The notes below the pieces were generated by a model. It ran no database searches. It was not told the DNA's origin and worked only from the letters and a program-made list of their open reading frames with translations. Positions 59,961 through 64,000 of a stretch of DNA of 64,000 bases are shown here, piece by piece. Numbering within the stretch: the stretch's first letter is position 1; every line of letters starts with the position of its first letter. The position numbers were made by a program, and so were the translations under genes. The stretch is from positions 1 to 64,000 of IMG/VR virus record IMGVR_UViG_3300027770_000025, one strand, 5' to 3'.

Positions 59961-60521
59961 TTAGCCAATGTATTCTGTTACCCTATTAGGCAAGATGCTA
60001 TATCTTTCTAATTTAAGCGAGATGAACCCGAGTGCCGCACCTATGACGTGTACCATATGTGCTGTGCCGTCTGAAAAATTAGAAAATCCTATTACTTCAG
60101 GAACGATCATAATAGCAAAGAAGATGTAAAGAAATATGTTTTTCTTATTAAGACACGCTCGACTTAACATAAAGTATAGGGTTCCCGATATTCCAACTGC
60201 AGGAATACCTACTGCTAAAGATACAGGAAAATATATAAGTGATATAATAAGTGTAATAAAGAATAGATTTCTAAAGCTATATTTCTGATTTATATCAGGT
60301 ATTAGAAAAGCAAACATTAATAATAGATTCATACCTAGATGGGTAAGATCCCCGTGTATAAATCCATTAACAAATGGATTGTAGTTCATGATGTTATCCG
60401 AAGCATCACCTAAAATGACCTTAGCAATTACGCATAGGGCAAAAGAAGAAATCCACGCTAAGAATATAAATAGAACGTTTAATGCGGGATTCTTTAATTT
60501 TTTAAAAAATGTAGTTTTCAT
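59961..60521 (-). CDS. Rhomboid intramembrane serine protease
   Basis: FIHG...HL.MN, VGISG, AHMVHVIGA.LG; promoter TAAATTTG at 60547-60554. Confidence 0.88.
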   Translation of the reverse strand: MKTTFFKKLKNPALNVLFIFLAWISSFALCVIAKVILGDASDNIMNYNPFVNGFIHGDLTHLGMNLLLMFAFLIPDINQKYSFRNLFFITLIISLIYFPVSLAVGIPAVGISGTLYFMLSRACLNKKNIFLYIFFAIMIVPEVIGFSNFSDGTAHMVHVIGAALGFISLKLERYSILPNRVTEYIG

Positions 60522-60622
60522 AATTTCCTTTTTTAAGATTATGATACAAATTTATGACAGATTTACGGGTAAAAAAAATTTAATTCATATTTTTTTATCG
60601 TTAGGTAAATATATAAACAATC

Positions 60623-60808
60623 GTGAAATACCTGGTCCTACCTAATAGAACTGCATTAAAGAAGAAGCCCTCTATAAATAAGAAGAGAGTATGCACTAAA
60701 CCTAGTGAAGCGGGAACATTAGAGATTAAGATCGATAAAGATCATGATAGAGTACCTAAGAGATACCAATGTGACTATGATAATTGGTTCCCGTGGGAGT
60801 GGTATTAA
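60623..60808 (+). CDS. Small hypothetical protein
   Basis: GTG start just after the late motif at 60607. Confidence 0.4.
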   Translation: MKYLVLPNRTALKKKPSINKKRVCTKPSEAGTLEIKIDKDHDRVPKRYQCDYDNWFPWEWY

Positions 60809-60832
60809 TTAATAAACAAAAAGTATAAGAAT

Positions 60833-61006
60833 ATGTCAAATTCTAAAATTAGTGAGGAAATACTTTATGAAGCACACGTTCTCGGAATTTTTCACGAGGT
60901 TATTGATCTAGCAGTCAAACTTCAATCTACTGGCGTCGATGTATATTTATCCTATGATATGGCATTTAGAAAAGTCTCGTCTGAGACTGAATCAGCTAGG
61001 GATTAA
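60833..61006 (+). CDS. Small hypothetical protein, 57 aa (MSNSKISEEILYEAH...)
   Basis: Clean ATG-TAA ORF with A-rich leader. Not in the ORF track. Confidence 0.6.
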   Translation: MSNSKISEEILYEAHVLGIFHEVIDLAVKLQSTGVDVYLSYDMAFRKVSSETESARD

Positions 61007-61045
61007 TATTTTACAACTATAGATTCTATCGATTTCTGGTATATC

Positions 61046-61312
61046 CTAGATCATATCAACTCTTTTATCCGCTACACCTCTAGTCAGAGCGTCTAAAGAT
61101 CTTCTATAGGTTTCAATGGTCTTTTTAAAATCTTTTGTTTTATAGAAAGCGCATCTGCACTCTCCGACATCTTTTAATGTGCAAATTGACCAGTTTTCTA
61201 TAATTCTTTTGCATGTATCTAGATGATCTGTAGTTTTTGAAGATTCTATTACTCTTTTTATCCAGGTATAATCGGTTAATATTTTCCTTCTTATGACTTC
61301 TGTATTTTTCAT
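61046..61312 (-). CDS. Hypothetical protein
   Basis: WIKRVIESSKT..HL..C core. Start trimmed to the ATG at 61312 (61336 is an alternative). Confidence 0.55.
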   Translation of the reverse strand: MKNTEVIRRKILTDYTWIKRVIESSKTTDHLDTCKRIIENWSICTLKDVGECRCAFYKTKDFKKTIETYRRSLDALTRGVADKRVDMI

Positions 61313-61502
61313 GGGTCCTCCTATTTTTTGTGGCATTTTTAAAAATCCTTTAATCTTTCCCCGGTAAACAAAATAAAATGGCCAGGCAGGACTCGGTATA
61401 ATTACCAGAAATAAAAAATCAATGCCATCTGATTTTTTAATTGTTTTTAGTAGATAAGACGCACCATTATTTATAGCGGCATTTACCTTATTCCCCGATA
61501 TA

Positions 61503-61649
61503 TTATTTTTTACCCTGAGCTTTATAAGGTTTCTTGTAGTTTTTGCTATTAGGGTTGCTTGATGTCTTACTTTTAGCAGCAGTTCCCTTTCTTGTTTTTT
61601 TCTTGATGTGTGTTGAAGCTGTTGATCCACCTTTAGTTGCTTTTGCCAT
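61503..61649 (-). CDS. Small very basic protein, 48 aa (MAKATKGG...KNYKKPYKAQGKK)
   Basis: ATG 14 nt after the late motif at 61663; no acidic residues. Not in the ORF track. Confidence 0.7.
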   Translation of the reverse strand: MAKATKGGSTASTHIKKKTRKGTAAKSKTSSNPNSKNYKKPYKAQGKK

Positions 61650-61705
61650 TTTTATTTTATCTTTATATATTTAATAATATTCAAAAATAAAGTAATAATT
61701 GGACC

Positions 61706-63445
61706 TTAATTTATCTGAATGTAGCTATTCGTATTTTCCTGCGTAGTTAGAGAGTAAATCATAAGATCACCCTCATAAACATCGATATGAGCAGGTTCTC
61801 CTTCTATATCATTAAGCCACCAGGAATCCCTCCCCACTAATTTATGATATATCACTGCATCCTCTGAATCAGGAGTGTGTACCACTATTTTTCGAGTAAC
61901 CTCATTGTCAAGATAGTTTTGTGAATATAGACAATACCCGGTGTGATTGCCTGCATTATCTAGTTTTCTGTATATGTCGCTAATACACCCTTTGTATTTG
62001 GTAGGCAGGTTGCTGACAGATACCACTGTGTTCCATGTGGTATCAGGAAAATCTGATTTCATCTCGATGTTACCTTCTCTAATTAAAACTGAGCCTTTGT
62101 CCAGGTTATCATAGATATAAGCTTCTACTATTTTAAAATCCCTAGATCCTTGTATATTCATCAAATAATCCTCGTAATCTTCCTCTTTAGATATCCGAGG
62201 CATGATCTTCATGAAATGATCTATCTCGCAAAAGAAATAATGGAAAGAAGCATCTTTAGGATAATTTGATTCATTTAGATAGAATAAACCTTTCTTATCG
62301 TTCTTTATTACCGTTTCGGGTATCTGAGAAATCCAGAGCATAGAATTTTCTCCGTATAAGTCATCGGTCTCAAATCTTTGAAAATGCGTGTATCCAATGT
62401 TCTTAGCTATATCTAGGACATTGAACAGGTTTACTAAAACTGATAGACCGTGTTTTTGAAGACCCGATTTTAAATTATGAACCGTGAAGTTACCTTTATC
62501 CGACCAAAAGTCGACATCTTTCACATCCGGATAATCTTTCTTGAATAGCTGGTTACGGCTATCATAGAAATGATAATCCACCATATCTATGATTTCTTTC
62601 TTTATCGAAGTATTTGATACAAGAAAAACGTCCTGCCCATTTGATTTCAATCTATTGATGCATTCTATAAGATTAGATTCTACTTTAGCATCATGAACAA
62701 AGCAATCTATTATAGAGATTGTTTTTGTATTTCTTAGGGTCTCTCTCTTTTCTATAATACCAATAGCCTTTACATTATTGTCATTCTTTTCCTCCTCAGA
62801 TCTAAGAGAAAACATTCCATGCTCACTGTGTCTATATACGCCGCAATTCCAATTATCACATCTTATTTTACCGCGAAGTGAAATCTCATAGTTAAATGCC
62901 CAATCAAGATAAGGAAAATCCCTTATCCATTCTTTTAAAATATTCGGAAAGTTTCTAAAAGTTCTACCGAAGCTGACTATATTAGAATCGAGCAGATCCT
63001 GTGTATTAACCTCATCTTTTTTTGGAAATTTATTATGTCCGGGTTCTGTTGGATCAAATGTCCCGTCGGGCATAAGGCTCACGTATCCAGTAGAGTGCAT
63101 AACATAATCAGGATTACTCTCGAGAAAATCTATTTGCATTTGGAGCTTGTCTGAATTATTTAGATAATCGTCACCGTCTAATATAGTTGCATACTTACCT
63201 TTAGAATTTTCGAGAAGATATTTAATGTTCCCGAACGCTCCTAGATTTTCTGAGCTTTCAAATATAATAACCCTTGGGTCATTTGAGAATTCTTCCCTGA
63301 GTAATCTATTTGTACCATCCCCTGAATGATCATCTCTTATAAGGATCTCGAAGTCGAAATTAGTATTCTGTGACGTGACAGATTTTACACATTCGACTAT
63401 ATAGTTTTCAAAATTATATGATGGTATTATTACGCTTAATATCAT
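61706..63445 (-). CDS. GT2 glycosyltransferase fused to a second putative GT domain
   Basis: SVIIPSYN, RDDHS.DGT, LDGDDY...KLQ.Q; second half LVSN, FETD. Confidence 0.85.
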   Translation of the reverse strand: MILSVIIPSYNFENYIVECVKSVTSQNTNFDFEILIRDDHSGDGTNRLLREEFSNDPRVIIFESSENLGAFGNIKYLLENSKGKYATILDGDDYLNNSDKLQMQIDFLESNPDYVMHSTGYVSLMPDGTFDPTEPGHNKFPKKDEVNTQDLLDSNIVSFGRTFRNFPNILKEWIRDFPYLDWAFNYEISLRGKIRCDNWNCGVYRHSEHGMFSLRSEEEKNDNNVKAIGIIEKRETLRNTKTISIIDCFVHDAKVESNLIECINRLKSNGQDVFLVSNTSIKKEIIDMVDYHFYDSRNQLFKKDYPDVKDVDFWSDKGNFTVHNLKSGLQKHGLSVLVNLFNVLDIAKNIGYTHFQRFETDDLYGENSMLWISQIPETVIKNDKKGLFYLNESNYPKDASFHYFFCEIDHFMKIMPRISKEEDYEDYLMNIQGSRDFKIVEAYIYDNLDKGSVLIREGNIEMKSDFPDTTWNTVVSVSNLPTKYKGCISDIYRKLDNAGNHTGYCLYSQNYLDNEVTRKIVVHTPDSEDAVIYHKLVGRDSWWLNDIEGEPAHIDVYEGDLMIYSLTTQENTNSYIQIN

Positions 63446-63453
63446 TATAGTGA

Positions 63454-64000
63454 TTAATTCTTATATGAGATGGGATCAAAATAATGTTCATACCATTGGG
63501 TAACTGGAGTATTGTAATAGCTAATCCATCTATGTGCTCCCATACCTAGCCACATTTCAGCAACTGTTCTGTTATCTGGATTTTCTATATTCAATTTTAC
63601 TAATGATGGTAAACTGTTTATATGTTTTGTATTTGACCACCAGAAATTTCCTGAAAAATAATTTTTGAAGTGATAATCAAGAAACATAAAAGACTCTACG
63701 TATAGACATCCGCATACATCACCTTTACTATTAATCAGATCTATTACTGGGGATTTCCATCTTTCTATATTAAAATAGTTCATGCAATCTCTCCAAGAAT
63801 CTATGTATACATTTTCTCCTCTTGACGATCCCTTTGTGTGAAAGTATAAAACAGATCCATTAGGATTTAATCTGCAATAATTTTGAAGATTTATCAGTGT
63901 ATTGAATTCTGCATTATTAACTGAATATCTAACTATTTCTATTTTTATATCAGGGTCATATTTTTTTAAAAGGGACTTAAATGTTTCATAATCTAAGTCT
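63454..64000 (-). CDS. Partial putative glycan-biosynthesis protein (5' end outside window)
   Basis: The frame extends past the track's ATG: ...VLYFHTKG...W...M.YF...FSGNFWW...AE.W. Confidence 0.65.
   Translation of the reverse strand, partial: DLDYETFKSLLKKYDPDIKIEIVRYSVNNAEFNTLINLQNYCRLNPNGSVLYFHTKGSSRGENVYIDSWRDCMNYFNIERWKSPVIDLINSKGDVCGCLYVESFMFLDYHFKNYFSGNFWWSNTKHINSLPSLVKLNIENPDNRTVAEMWLGMGAHRWISYYNTPVTQWYEHYFDPISYKN

Overview
64 kb segment of a large, AT-rich, T4-superfamily (jumbo-type) myophage. The host is most likely a Bacteroidetes: TAnnTTTG promoters recur, leaders are A-rich without Shine-Dalgarno motifs, and bS21, ClpC and GSII look Bacteroidetes-like. Most genes are on the minus strand and use the standard code. 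Contents in order: (1) 1-12.9 kb, virion/fibre genes, including a giant >2599-aa Gly-X-Y (G-T-S/G-S-A/G-S-S) protein that the ORF track missed because it runs off the window edge. (2) 12.9-19 kb, T4-like core: gp46/gp47, gp33-like, gp41 helicase and UvsX. (3) Putative head-packaged proteins with peptidoglycan-binding domains. (4) A very large glycan-synthesis complement of about 25 genes at 22.5-39.7, 49.8-55.5 and 61.7-64 kb: gmd, fcl, glf, GT2/4/6/7/11, HtrL-like, methyltransferases and a kinase/nucleotidyltransferase/HAD module. (5) Host-takeover genes: bS21, N-domain-less ClpC, glutamine synthetase II, a DUF481 beta-barrel, a rhomboid and a ferritin-like protein. (6) A tRNA region with three plausible tRNAs and two broken ones. 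The best candidate for an undescribed system is a self-contained unit at 47.6-48.96 kb: own promoter, a 305-aa helical protein, a ~340-nt non-coding RNA with crossing (pseudoknot) helices and two tracks with G at every sixth nucleotide, then a terminator. All family calls are from motif recognition by eye; no searches were run.
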